A stretch of 64,000 nucleotides of DNA, taken from Octopus vulgaris. Lineage: Eukaryota. The DNA lies in assembly GCA_951406725.2 (NCBI GenBank), contig OX597823.1, positions 33,852,001 through 33,916,000 of the forward strand. Direction: 5' to 3'. The position numbers were made by a program, and so were the translations under genes. Shown here piece by piece: positions 24,850-38,401 of this stretch; within the stretch, counting starts at the first letter, position 1, and every line of letters starts with the position of its first letter. Under the pieces are notes generated by a model that was not told the DNA's origin, did no database searches, and saw nothing but the letters and a program-made list of their open reading frames with translations.

Positions 24850-26020
24850 GGAATCCTCCCATTCATCATAGTCCTTCAGAATATAACAGAAGTTTAAGTC
24901 CATTTGTCTGTGAGAATTGCTATATGCTGATGATCCTGTTCTTGTAGCTAAATCTGTAGTAGAATTAGAAAAGTAATTCCAAGTGTGGAAGCAAAGCCTG
25001 GAATCAAAAGACTCAAAGTTTACTAAGCAAAATCAAAATTTTAGTAAACAGGAAAACAGACAAGACACTTGCTTTTGCTTTCATTGGGGAAATGGCTTTG
25101 ATATAGAGAAAAAGATTAGATATAAATTACATACATTTCACCCAATGTAAACTTTTGACACACAAATAGTGCAGTGGTGCCACAGGCATATCACCAGAGA
25201 AAGTAGGCTTTGTATGTGGAAGAGACATGAGAACAATAAGTACTAAAAGCACACAGGAAATAGATTTCTTAAAGTCCTGTCAGGAATTCTAGGAGCAGTA
25301 GATATCTTCTGTTATGTAGATAGCCTAATTAGCAGTGGAGGAGGTTGTTCTGAAAGTATTGTTGCTAGAATAAAAACAGGATGGAGTAAGTACAGATAGC
25401 TGTTATTGCTGTTGATAAAAGGTTTCTCTTTCAAAATGAAAGGCAGATTGTGTGATGTTTGAGCATGAACTGTAACACTACATGGTAGTGAGATGCAGGC
25501 CTTGAATGCAGAGGACAGAGGACAGGAAGAAACAAAGCTAGCATAAAAATTGTTTGCCAACATAACATGGCAGTCCTGGTTTAGGATGAATGTTGCTGTA
25601 ATTTAGCCCCAGGAGACATCTTCTCCAGCTGGCTATACGACATGATCTGTGTCCTTATATTTTCAAACAAGAGCATTTAACACCTCCACTCAGCTCAAAA
25701 CAATATCTGTGTATCATGATTTCTAAACCAGGACTGCCATGTTATGTTGGCAAACAATCTTTACTCTAAAGTACTGTTGCTGAATGTATCTCTTGTTATA
25801 AGATTTTAAAATAGTAATTTTCTAAAGCTAGCATACTCCATCAGATGTACAAAGTCAGTGAACATAAACAGCAAAATACAAATGTGTTGAGAAAAAATTT
25901 GAGCATAAGGGGAATGTGCAAGAGAGAAGACTGTGCTGATCAAGTGATACATATTGATGGAGACAACTGCATAAATAAATACTGATTGCTTAAGGTTGAT
26001 GGAATTTGTGAAGAGGGAAG
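24850..26020 (+). mobile_element. Degenerate RTE LINE fragment interrupted by a fold-back element
   Basis: ctatatgctgatgat (LYADD), caagtgtggaagcaaagcctggaatcaaaa and catggtagtgag match the other RTE copies. Confidence 0.8.
25546..25823. mobile_element. Fold-back element family B, short copy with 12-bp TSD
   Basis: Arms ttgtttgccaacataacatggcagtcctggtttag / ctaaaccaggactgccatgttatgttggcaaacaa; aaagctagcata duplicated at 25534-25545 and 25824-25835. Confidence 0.85.
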
Positions 26021-26307
26021 CTTCACCATTTCATCCTTTTGAGATTCATAAATGAAGTAACAGTTCTATACTGGGGTTAATTCTTCTTTTTCTCTCACTC
26101 ATTCTTTCTGTCTTTCATCAATCTAACTTCCTTTCTTCTAGATGAAATCTGCAGTGGTCAGGCCTGTAGAAGGGTGGGATCCGCTAGGTCCAACAATGTC
26201 CAAGACATGCCGGTTATGGTATTAGTGCCTCTACCACTCCATCAAAGAGTTGAGGGCCCAAGACTAGGCAAGAACTACATACATACATACATACATACAT
26301 ACATACA

Positions 26308-26341
<34 letters not shown>

Positions 26342-26449
26342 GGTATATATACATACATACATACATACTTGCATGCATGCATACCTACGTACGTACATAT
26401 GTATGCACGCACACATGCACACACACACACACATGCAGACACATACATA

Positions 26450-26792
26450 TGGGATATGTAACACACTGCTTAAATACCAATTCTTGAAAAGTTATACTTC
26501 TCAAAATCAGAAAGGAGAAAGCTAATTCAAAGACTACAGATCAAATCCATCACTGGAATTGTAAAAATCTGTAAAACTTTCCAGAAGTTTATCATTTAAA
26601 TATATATATATGAGCATGTCTAGATATGCAACTATATGCATGGGAATACACACGTAAAACATACAAATCTGCACATACATACATACAAAAATACTCTGTT
26701 GTTGAAGTTGAAATTCCAATGAAGGAACCTTGAGTCTAGGTTAGAAACTGGTTCTTTCTCTATTGGCAAGAAATCTTGAAATAAACTGAATA
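26450..26792 (+). mobile_element. 3' end of an R4/Dong-like RLE LINE
   Basis: Closely matches 30335-30680, the ORF end and 3'UTR of the larger copy. Confidence 0.85.
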
Positions 26793-28866
26793 GAGAGAGG
26801 CTTGGAAAAGCCATTATGAAAGACTGCTGAACATGGAGAGTGAATGGGAGGAGAAGAGCCTGCCAAATGTTGACCCAGTAGAGGAACCAGCTATCCGAAT
26901 AGACACCTCCCTGGTAGATAAAGCAATTAAGGGTACAAAGCCAAGAAAAGCACCTGGCCCATCAGAAATCACTGCTGTGATGCTTAAAATATCTGGTAGT
27001 GTGGGCTATGGCCTAGTCACCCACATTGTAAACCAGGTAGTTCATGATGGAGTCATACCCAATGACTAGTGTAGCAGCACCATAGTCAACTGCTACAAAG
27101 GTTATGCTCTAGATAGAAAAAAACTACAGGGGTATAAAACTGCTTGATCAGGTGATGAAGGTCGTGGAGAGGGTCATAGCCCATCTCATTAGGGAGAGAG
27201 TCTGCTTAGATGAGATGCACTTCAGTTTTGTGCCAGGTAGAAGCACCACTGATGCTGTATTCCTAGCTAAAGATAAACCCCTATACTTAGCTTTTGTGGA
27301 CTTGGAGAAAACCTTCGACAGGGTCCCCCAATCCCTTATTTGGTAGGCAATGCCGAAACTGGAGATTGACAAATGGTTAATAAGGGCTGTACAGGCCCTA
27401 TACAGAGAGGCCGTTAGTAAGGTTAGGATTGGCAATGAGTATAGTGAAGAATTCCAGGTAGAAGTAGGGGTCCACCAAGGATCATCCCTCAGCCCTCTTT
27501 TATTAATCATAGTCCTCCAGGCAATAACAGAGGAATTCAAGGCGGGTTGCTCCTGGGAGCTCCTCTATGCAGTTGACCTGGCCCTCATAGCAGAATCACT
27601 ACCAGAACTAGAGAAGAAATTTCAGGTTTGGAAGCAAGGTTTACAATCAAAAGGCCTTAGAGTCAATGTAGCAAAGATCAAAGTTCTAGTAAGTAGGAAG
27701 GTGAACACATCACACACCCCTGCTGGCCCTGCTCGATCTGTAGAAAAGGTGTAGGCAGAAACTCTATCAGATGTACCCAGTGTAAGCTATGGACACATAA
27801 GAGGTGCATCAATATCAAAGGAAGATTAACCGGGAAGATAGCTTTCATGTGCGACAGATGCACAGGGGCAATAAACACCACAGATGCTCAGAGAAGAGAT
27901 TCCATCACACTCCAGGGGGAGAAACTTGAAGTAGTTGATAGCTTCTGCTACCTAGGTGACCAAGTTAGTAGTTGGGATGGATGCTCAATAAGAATAGCCT
28001 GGGCAAAGTTTAGAAAGCTTCTACACCTACTGGTGACAAAGGGCTTCTCGTTCAGAGTGAAAGGTAAATTGTATGATGCATGTGTGTGAACTGCCATGCT
28101 TCACGGCAGTGAAACATGGGCCATGACTGCAGAGGATATGTGTAGGCTCAAAAGAAATGAAGCTAGCAGCTGGATGTGTAATATCAGTGTGCACACAAAA
28201 CAGAGTGTAAGCGCCCTGAGAGAAATGTTAGACATAAGAAGCATTGAATGTGGCATGCAGGAGAGACGTTTGCGATGGCATGGTCATGTATTAGGGATGG
28301 ATGAGGAGAGATGTGTGAAGAAGTGCCACTTCCAAACAGTTGAAGGAATCCGGGGTAAAGGTAGACCCAGGAAGACATGGGATGAGGTGGTGAAGCTTGA
28401 GTTCTGAACGTTGGGCCTCACAGTAGCAATGACAGACCAAGACCTCTGGAGATATGCTGTGACTGCGAAGACCCAGCAAATAAAGTGAGTTCACAGCTGT
28501 ATCCTACACCAGTACCTTGGATCATAGGGCGACCTGCTATGCTTGAGGAGACCTATTGAGTCAAGTACATCAACATCAAAATAAAAATCAAATGGAAATT
28601 GTAGTTGTGATATCCATGCTGGTGGCATGTAAAAAGCACCAACCGATCATAGCCATTGCCAGCCTCCTCTGGCTCCTGTACCAGTGGCACGTAAAATGCA
28701 CCCACTACACTTACGGAGTGGTTGGCATTAGGAAGGGCATACAGCTGTAGAAACACTGCCAGATCAGACTGGAGCCTGGTGCAGCCTCCTGGTTTCCCAG
28801 ACCCCAGTTGAACCGTCCAACCCATGGCAGCATGGAAAATGGACGTTAAATGATGATGATGATGAT
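26793..28866 (+). mobile_element. 5'-truncated RTE-clade LINE, RT ORF pseudogene plus 3'UTR
   Basis: KAPGPSEI, FVPGRSTTDA, LAFVDLEKTFDRVP, GVHQGSSLSPLL, LLYAVDL, RRLRWHGHV, GRPRKTWDEVV; several stops and frameshifts; (GAT)n tail. Confidence 0.95.
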
Positions 28867-28869
28867 ACA

Positions 28870-30685
28870 TAAGGAAGTCTGAAGGATATCTCACTGGTTC
28901 ACAAGGAAACAGAAATACCAAAATTACACACTGTTTCTTTGGAACACTTGAAACTTTATGCAAAGAATACGGATGAAATAAAAAAGAGCCTTGACCTAGT
29001 GACAACATTCTCAAAGGATATAGGGTTGGGGTTTGGTCAGGATAAATGTTGTTATATGGCTGTGAAAAGAGGGAAAACTATAAACCAAACTAGTAACATC
29101 TCCATCAATGATTTGACTGTTTTCCCTATATCTGACGAGGAATGTTACAGGTATCTAGGGGTGGATGAAAACACATCTTACAAAGGTATCTGTAACAAAA
29201 CACGTGTCACTAAAGAATATTACAGCTGAATAAAGAAAATTTGGACCTCAGAACTCTCTGCATTCAATAAAACAGTGGCCCACAATGTGTTTGCAGTGCC
29301 AGTAGACATACCAACATTTGGGCTGCTTGATTGGGCGCTTGATCCATTGACGTGAAAACCCGAAAAATACTAACAAGCTCACATAATTTCTACATCAACA
29401 GTGATGTAGACCACTTCCACCTAAAACGAAAACAAGTTGGCAGAGGCTTAACATTAATCCAAAATGCCTTTGAATGTCATATCATATCCCTTCAGCAACA
29501 TCTTTTAACCTCCAAGTATCAAAGTGCATCCTTTGACCAAGTCTGCATAAGACTGATAACAACATAAGACTTGGGAGGCAGCTACTTGAGAAGCATTCCT
29601 TTTCTGATAACCTTAAATACACGCCCAAAGAAGATGCACAACTCTACCACAACATAATATCAGATGAAAGGATGAGCATTTATGAGCAGATGACCATGCA
29701 TGGATATGTTAGTAGAAAGCTCTGAGATGATAGTGACATTGATCATCAAAGCAGTCTATCATGGACCAACAAGTGGACTACTACCTCACTCTTTGAAGGG
29801 TATGTGTTTGCAATCAAGGAACAGGAAATATCAACCAAATACCTTATGCACAAAAGGTACAGAGATTCGAGAAAAGCAGTTAAATGCGACAACCAATACA
29901 GACTTTGTGGAGTTAACACCAAATATATCACCCGCATCATAAGCAGTTGTCTGAAAATGTCATCACGGTATATCTACTGATGAGACATGATGTTGTAGCT
30001 AGGACACTCTATAATGAAATCTGTCAGAAGGATAATTCTGTGGACAAAGAAATAAGAATTCACAGTATAGTAGAAGCCATAGCCACTCATAATAAAAAGG
30101 AGTACTGGTGGAATGTCCCAGTGAAAACCTCAATGTAAGCACAATAGACCTGATATAATGATTTGAGATAGAGAAGAGAAACTGTGTATAGTTGCGGAAA
30201 TCTGCTGCCCAGTGGATGTTAACATAAAGCTGAAGATTAGTGAAAATGAGAATACCTATGCTGAACTATTGAGAATCTGCAGTTACTCTATCCAGATTAC
30301 AAGTTCAGATTTATACCTGCAATTATTGGGGGCCTGGGATATGTAGCACACTGCCTGAATATAAATCTTGAGAAATTAGGCTTTCAAAACCAGAAAGGAG
30401 GAAGCTAATTCGAAGACTACAGATCCAGTCCATCACTGAAACTGTAAAAGTCTGTAAAACTTACCAGAAGTTTATCATTTAAATATATATGTGAGCATGT
30501 CTAGGTATGTAACTATATGCATGAGAATACATACATAAAACATACAAATCTGCACATATACATACATACAAACAAAAATATCCTGTTGTTGTTGGTGTTC
30601 AAATTCCAATGAAGGAACCTTGAGTCTAGGTTAGAAACTGGCTCTTTCTCTATTGGCAAGAAATCTTGAAATAAAACTAAACAAT
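28870..30685 (+). mobile_element. Degenerate non-LTR retrotransposon with restriction-like endonuclease (R4/Dong-like)
   Basis: LKLYAK, FGQDKC, YRYLGVDE, degenerate CCHC region followed by MRHDVVA, YWWNVPVKT, HNRPDIMI...EICCP (PD..E/D motif). Confidence 0.85.
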
Positions 30686-32234
30686 GACATACATGCATAC
30701 ATACATACATACATACATACATACATACATAAATATATCTGTATGTATATGTACATACATACCTATATATATATATACATACACACAGGCATATTATACA
30801 TATGTGTGTGTGATATATTATATATATGTGTGTGTGTCTATGAGTGTGTAAAACATATTTCCCAGCTCATAGGACAGGACTTGTCACAAAGATTAATACC
30901 TAAAGTATCTGGGGAAGATTCTACACACTCTCTCTCTCTCTCTCTCTCATCCAGTTAATGCCACACCATCAAGAACTAAACCTCATCTATACTAGCCTCC
31001 ATAGCTCAGTCCAACCGTTATCTAATCTCTAATATTCTTTGCATATTCCATTCTACTTATTTAGTCCATTTGCAGACACAATTCTTGCTTTTCCTCTTAA
31101 TACAACTTCATTTTCCTTTCCATCTCTTCTAATACTGGAATTTACATTTCCTTTAATGCTTTTACCATTATCTTCTAGATTTCCTGATATTAGTTCTTTA
31201 TATGTCGAACTTAGCAGCATTATATCTGATGGATTTATTTCAGATAAAAAACAAAACAAAAAAAAAAACACTACCAATTTTTTTTTTTTTTTATCAGGAT
31301 ATCTAAACTTAGATCTAAGCTAAGTGAATCTATTGTTTCGGGTTTTTCTTGTGTTTCTTCACTGTAAATAATATTGAACAAGAAAATGGTTAAATTACCT
31401 ACACTCATCCTGAAGACACTTTCTAATCAAATAATCACTACTCTGCTGGTCTATTTATTGTTTGTAACTATGGTAGCCATTGTTATTACAGCTTGACCCT
31501 TCCACTCACAGACTAGTGAAAGCAGAACGTCGATTGTAACAGCATTTAGACAAGAGGGACATAGATTGGGTTGATACGACATGATAAAGTATCATGTAAC
31601 AGCAACACACAGCTGCTACAGCACCATCATGCAGTTACTACAACACCAACCACTACAACATCAACCACTCAACCACTACAACACCAACACATACAGTCAC
31701 TAAATCTCCATCACACAACCAGTATTGCAACATCAACCACAACAATACTTCAACGCTAACACAAAATGATTTCAACTATTACCTTCTAAATTGAATGGAT
31801 ATTAACAGAAACCTCAACAATTGCAATAACAATGAAGATATTAATATCGGTTAAAATAATTACAGCAATAACAAAAACTGTAACCTTAACAACATTACCA
31901 GAGAACATTAGCTAGAACCAACCATTCCATTCAACAACATAAATATACTTTACAAAGAGGAGACATTAGAAGACACCATAGTAGAGAAATTGAGAGAATA
32001 GCATATATGGCTATTGGACAGTGGAAAGGAATAACAACAATGCTGTACAAGCTATATCATAGAATCTATGCCAGTTCTACTTGGACTCCAGTCTCTCCAC
32101 ATTACACAGAATACAAACAGTACCAGAACACATCGTCACAAACTGTACACACGCAACACCAAATGAGCACATATGCAATGAAACAAAATTATAGAAAATT
32201 AAGATTCTGTTAGGCATGTGAGGGATACAGTTCG

Positions 32235-32320
32235 TTACTGAAATAGGCTGTAGTAACTGCACTTGGGACTGCAGCCCGTTGCAGTTCTCACAGTCTCTGC
32301 CATTACTTGAACAATCACTT
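32235..32320 (-). CDS. Candidate secreted 68-aa peptide, last coding exon (E)VIVQVMAETVRTATGCSPKCSYYSLFQ*
   Basis: Strong acceptor ctgattctttctctttcttttttctcag| with a CTGAT branch-like motif; phase 1 matches the upstream donor; TAA at 32237-32235. Confidence 0.5.
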
Positions 32321-32446
32321 CTGAGAAAAAAGAAAGAGAAAGAATCAGCCATATCTATAATTACTACAACATCAGCCTAACTTAGACAAACCTGAAGAAA
32401 CAACAATATCAACATCAACATTATGCTGGTCAGGATCAGGCATTAC

Positions 32447-32567
32447 CGAAGAGAAATGATTGTATCACTTGCACTGTGCTGCCTATTTCATCGCTCTGTC
32501 CTTTGGCCAAAACCAGAATACATGCACACAATAACAGGACAGTGAAGGACAGGATCGTCTTGTCCAT
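32447..32567 (-). CDS. Candidate secreted 68-aa peptide, first coding exon MDKTILSFTVLLLCACILVLAKG-QSDEIGSTVQVIQSFLF
   Basis: aagATGG Kozak context, typical signal peptide with an A-x-G cleavage site, donor G|gtaatg at 32446, 126-nt GT-AG intron. Confidence 0.5.
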
Positions 32568-33294
32568 CTTTCTTGTAATTTTCATCAGGACATGTCCACA
32601 CACAAGAGAACAAAAGAACACACATGCACACAAGAACAGATTGAGCCATAGATAATATGCAACTGAGCTTACCTTGTTGCATTGCTACACTGCCCTGCTG
32701 TACCATTCACATAAACTACTGCACATTGTAGTGTACATAATGACATGTCCACACTGCAATACTGCACCATGAACAATAAGGTTTAGGATGTTAGAGTGTG
32801 CAGTGTGACATGTCCACATTATCACACTGCACCGTACACAAACTACTGCATGCATATTGCAGTGTTGGCCAGTGGGATGTCCACCCTGTCACACACCCAC
32901 AATAAATTGTTGCATGTTGCTGTGTGGTCCTCGACAAGAGAAATGCGGAATATCCAATTCCCTGGCCCTGTTGGGTGCACACCAACGTTTGTTTTGCTAC
33001 CAGTGCATGGAACCAGGAGCTAGTAACAATGACAGCAGTATTAACAATATCAGTAATAATTCCTTCAAAGTTTGACACAAAGCCAACATTTTTTATGGGT
33101 TGGGGGTCAGTCAAGCCCCATGACTTGATTTGCATTTTATTTCATCACTCTAAAAAGGATGAAAAACCCTTTCAACCTCAGCAGCATTTGGACTCAAGAA
33201 CATTAAGAGCTGGAAGACATGTTGCTAAGCCTTTTCTCCAATATGGTCAGGATTCTGCTGATGCTTGCCTTAACAACAACAGTAATAATGGTTT

Positions 33295-33490
33295 TCAATT
33301 TTGCCACAAGGCCAGCAATTAGGGGGAGGGGATGAGTCAGTTACATGGACTCCAATGTTCAACTGGTACTTAATTTATCAACCCTGACAGGATGAAAGGC
33401 AAAGTCGACCTTGGCAGAATGTAGCGATGGGTGAAATATTGCTAGGCATTTCATCCAGCACGCTAATGATTCTACCAGCTTGCTGCCTTA
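33295..33490 (-). mobile_element. SINE family 1 copy
   Basis: ggatgaaaggcaaagtcgaccttggcagaat...ctaccagcttgctgcctt. Confidence 0.75.
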
Positions 33491-33501
33491 ACAGTAATAA
33501 T

Positions 33502-33816
33502 AACAAGAGCACTCAGAGAGCACAAACCTCCACCAAGGTAACATCAGTGTCCTCTGCTCTCACAAACGAGAATACTAAAAATGAACCCGACTGTTCTCAA
33601 AAATTAAGTAAAAAAAACGGAAAAATTATCCAAAATCCTTGTACGGTACCAGATTGATCCCAAAATCTAAACAGTTTGTGCCAGTCATGAGGCCAAACAT
33701 CCCAAAAAGTTTTGTCCAAATCCATGCAGCAGTTCTTGAGATATCTTGTCCATGGACAAACAAACAAACAAATGTGACTGAAAACAATAACTCTGCTTTC
33801 ACTAAGGTGGAAGTAA
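33502..33816 (+). mobile_element. Probable non-autonomous Helentron/HINE-like element
   Basis: (ACAA)n tract, then gaaaacaataactc...aaggtggaagtaat terminal hairpin-like end, in TAA context; class assigned from recalled architecture only. Confidence 0.4.
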
Positions 33817-33819
33817 TAA

Positions 33820-34033
33820 TCCTTCTACAGTGGACACAAGGCCTCAAATTTGCAGGGAAGGGGGCTAGTTAATTACATTGACCCCAGGTTTTTACTGGTT
33901 CTTAATTTATCGACCCCGAATGGATGAAAGGCAAAGTCAACCTCAGCAGAATTTGAATTCAGAACATAGCAACAGGTGAAATACTGCTAAGCATTTTGTC
34001 CGGTGTGCTAATGATTCTATCTGCTTGCTACCT
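33820..34033 (-). mobile_element. SINE family 1 copy
   Basis: Full reverse-complement match to family 1. Confidence 0.8.
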
Positions 34034-34092
34034 TACCAATAATAATAATAATAATGATAATAATGATAATAATAATAATAATAATAATAATA

Positions 34093-34136
<44 letters not shown>

Positions 34137-34889
34137 CATCATTATTATAACTAATACAAGAACAATTGTAACAATAACAATAAGAAGAACAAGATACCCA
34201 AAGCATCACCTGTAACAATGACAGCAATTACCAACATCAGCATCAGCACCACCATCACCACCAACAACAATAGTAACATCAACAAGAATAACAACAAACA
34301 GAACCATAACATCAAACTGCAACAATAACAACAACCACCACCACCACCACCACTATCTATACAACTGCAGCAGCAAGAATCAGATTAACAGCAGCCAACA
34401 TGGAAAACATTAAGCCACAACATCAACAATAGTGACAATAGGAAGAAGAACAACAACAATACATTGTTACTTTTCTGGCAATTAAACTGTTGTGCAATTA
34501 ACATAATTAGTATTTATATCTCACAATAATTATGTTTATATTATTGTGATAATTGAATGTTTTGGATCATTTTAATTAATTCCAGTATATTTGACAATAT
34601 TCGTCTGTAATCACTGAGAAGTCGTGTAATTATCTGCTGTGAGGTGATGTGAGTACAAGACAAGTGAACAAATCTGCAATGAGATACAAACAGAATCAGA
34701 TGACTCTCTGTGTTTTGTCTGACGACCATACAACAAAGGTATCAGTGTGTGTGGTTATCTTTCTGTCTCTCTGTCAGCCAGTCTGTCTATCTATCTGCCT
34801 ATCATAAATGAGAAGTGAGTTTCTCAACCACACAGCCATACATGTACCTATAAGCATGGTTGTTCCTGAAAATATAAATTCCATTCACC

Positions 34890-35210
34890 AAAACTTTTGA
34901 TAATATTTTGAACTGCGCCACCACCACTAATACTGAGCCACTGTGAAAGAAATCTGAGTCAAATTCATCAATTTTCTTTTACAATTTTTACTGAAGAATC
35001 CTTAAAAGTTTTCCTGGTTTTCTTGTGGTTGACTTGGCATTTTTGTCACCATTAGCGGTATTTCTTCCACTTACGAATGTCTTAACTCAATATTTTCATA
35101 TTTCTAAATGATAAGACATCATCTTTGTATGTCAGCTGGAGTTCTTCAAAGATTTTTTCCTTTGCATTTTTTGCTTTAAGTACCAAATACTTGATAATAC
35201 TTCAATATTC
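34890..35210 (-). mobile_element. mariner transposase N-terminal HTH fossil
   Basis: EY*SIIKYLVLK...KIFEELQLTYKDDVLS resembles mariner EYRAVIKFL...EI...L...Y.D.A.S. Confidence 0.55.
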
Positions 35211-36132
35211 TTAGGACTTGCCTGTAAAGGTGTAAAAATGTCAATTTTGTTATACACAAATAAGGATACACAGAAACAAGTTGATTAATATTTTTACGTT
35301 GTTATTTAATAATAATAATGATAATAATAATAATAATGAAATTATTGTGTATAGTGCTCAGGTGCACTACAACCCATCAAAGGTACATATATAGGACATA
35401 GAATTATGTACAAATGTCAGGAAAGTGCGTGTGTGTGTGTGCATGTGTATATATTTGTGTGTATATGTGTGTGTGTATGTATGTATGTGATATGGTATTT
35501 CTTCTATACAAATAAATGTCAGGATATTATTTCACTATTTGGTTAAACACTTGTTGAATCAACTACAAGCACACACACACACACACATGTACAAACAACA
35601 CATACAAGTATATACACATGCACACTCATGCACAAATATATACATACATACACACATTCTCAAATACACACACGCATTCATGCAAACACACACATACCCA
35701 CGCAGGCACATATACACATACATATACAGATATACACACATGCACCTACATACACACACACTCATAAATATATACTCATATGTGTAATAATTTTTTTCTT
35801 TTTCAAACATATATTAAGATATAATTAAAGTATAAAACATTGAGAAAGAACTCAATACATGCAGGGGACTTAGAAATATAGATAAAAACAAAACAAAACA
35901 AAACAAACAAAAACAGAGATTGCAGAGTTTCTTCTGGAACAGACTTTTCTCTGTATTGCAACAGATTTAAGATTCCATTTGTTAAATTTAATTAAAGAAG
36001 CCGAAGAAAATAATTGATAAAAGAGAAATCTGAGTGATACAGAGAAAAGAGGGTTATTAGGGGTCAGTAATAGATGGATAGAAAGGGTCAGATGTGAAAA
36101 AGAGTGAAATAGCAAGGTAGGTGCTGAATGCA

Positions 36133-36181
<49 letters not shown>

Positions 36182-37049
36182 GCAATTGTGTATGTGTGTG
36201 TGTGCAATTGTGTGTGTGTGTGCAATTGTGTGTGTGTGTGCAATTGTGTATGTGTGTGTGTGTGTGTGCAATTGTGTGTGTGTGTGTGTGTGAGAGCATG
36301 CATGCATGTGTGTGTGTGTGTGCTCAGTGGAGATAAGTGAGTGGTGGTGTTATTTTAACAGTTGGAATTGAGCAGAAAATTCTAATTCTTGCTTGTTTAT
36401 AATAAATAAAATGAACTCGTTATTAAGTCCTGCATAATTGTGTTTACATGCAGGGTGGATATTGATTTTGGGTGTTATTAAGTTATTTTAGTGAAACACG
36501 AACAGGTAACTTTTGTACTGCCTCTTTGTCTTTTTTACCTTTTTAAAAATTTATTCATTTCTTTTTAAGTAGGAAAATAATTTATTTCTATATTTAAACT
36601 GAAATCATAAAAATATGCGAATTAATTTTAAGATCTTAGAAAGAGTTATTAATGACATTATAAAGGGAAATTTTATCCAATAATTTGTTATAATAATTTA
36701 TAAATAATGCCTAATGTTAGTGCTATGGCAGAGAAATGTTAGATGTTTGGCAGGAAGGTAAACATGTTAATACTTGCCATGACATTTTTTGGTTCTGAAG
36801 AATATATACAAATAACTTAGGCTCAAATTACAAAGATGAACCACTTAGTATCTGGAGAAAATATTTTAAATGTTTTCAAGAGATGGTTGTGTAGTTAAGA
36901 CATTTGATTCCCAATCATATGATCTCAGGTTCCATCCTGTTGCGTGAAACCTTGGGCAAGCGTTTTTTACTATAGCTCTTTGCCAACCAAAGCCTTGTGA
37001 ATGGATTTGATAGATGGAAACTGAAAGAAGCCTGGTGTATATGCATGGC

Positions 37050-37975
37050 ATCATCATCATCATCGTTTCACGTTCGCTGTTCATGGTGGCATGGGCTAGA
37101 CGATTTGACTGAGGACTGGAAAACCAAATGGCTGCACCAGGCTCCAATCTGATCTGGAAGAGTTTCTACAGCTTGATGCCCTTCCTAATGCCAACCACTC
37201 AGAGTGTGTAGTGGGTGCTTTTATGTGCTACCGGCATGAGGGCCAGTCAGGCAGTACTGGCAACAGTCATGCTCAAATGGTGTTTTTTATGTGCCACTTG
37301 CACAGGAGCCAGTCCAGCAGCATGTGCCACCAGCATGGAAGCCAGTCGGCTGCTCTGGCAACGATCATGCTTGTATGGTGCTCTTAGTGCTCCACTAGCA
37401 CAGATGCTGGTCATGCTGTGCTATCATTGAATTTGATTTCAATTTCGATTTCACTTGCCTCAGCAGGTCTTTGCAAGCAGAGTTTAATGTCCAGTGAAAG
37501 AAAGGTATGCAAAAGCGGGCTGGTTACACTCCTGGCATAGGCCATGGGTTATGGTCTCACTTGGCTTGCTGTGTCTTCTCAAGCACAGCATATTTCCAAA
37601 GGTCTCGGTCACTAGTCATTGCCTCAGTGAGGCCTAATGTTCAAAGGCCATGCTTCACCACTTCATCCCAGGTCTACCTCTTCCACAGGTTCCTCAACCG
37701 CTAGGGTGTGGCACTTTTTCACACAGCTATCCTCATCTATTCTCACCACATGACCATACCAGTGCAGTCATCTCTCTTGCACACCACATCTGATGCTTCA
37801 TAGGTCCAACTTTTCTCTCAAGGTACTTACACTCTGACGAGTATGCACACTGACATTACACATCCATTGGAGCATACTGGCTTCATCCCTTGCAAGCTTA
37901 GACATGTCCTCAGCAGTCATGGCCCATGTATCACTGCCATGTAGCATGGCTGTTTGTACACATGCATCATACTGT
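37050..37975 (-). mobile_element. RTE LINE 3' fragment
   Basis: YDACVQTAMLHGSDTW...LREKLDL plus 3'UTR and (GAT)n on the minus strand. Confidence 0.9.
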
Positions 37976-37984
37976 CTAGAATGA

Positions 37985-38222
37985 GATAACAAAGCCAAAG
38001 CTGTGAGGAAGGAGTTTTCAGGACATTTATAATGAAATAGTCTTACAGTTGTTTCTGGGATATTACGGATATCCCTTCATCAGAGATGGTGTGAGAAAAT
38101 ATTTGAGTTCAAATTATTATGGAAAAGGATATCCATAATATCCCAGAAACAGCTGTAAGACTATTTCATTATAAATGTCTTGAATACTCCTCACAGCCTT
38201 GGTTTTGATATTTCCTTCTGTC
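37985..38222. mobile_element. Fold-back hammerhead element, family C
   Basis: About 80-bp inverted arms (gacatttataatgaaatagtcttacag... / ...ctgtaagactatttcattataaatgtc). Confidence 0.8.
38041..38086 (-). ncRNA. Minimal hammerhead ribozyme motif
   Basis: tct-CTGATGA-a gggatat ccgta atatccc a-GAAA-caactg-TA-aga; the opposite arm keeps the palindromic acagctgt in stem III. Confidence 0.75.
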
Positions 38223-38367
38223 TAATATATATATGCATGCTAATTACAAGACCCACATTAGACTCCTCGCTTGTATCATTATCGAACCAAGAGTTTAACT
38301 ACGGTCTGTCCTTAGCACTTACTTAGTGTTACCTGACACTCTTTGGGTCTTCTAGATACCAATATCA

Positions 38368-38401
<34 letters not shown>

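Noticed and set aside
26142-26265. Strong acceptor followed by MKSAVVRP... or DEICSGQACRR...
   Set aside because: No good donor, no recognisable product, and it sits between LINE fragments.
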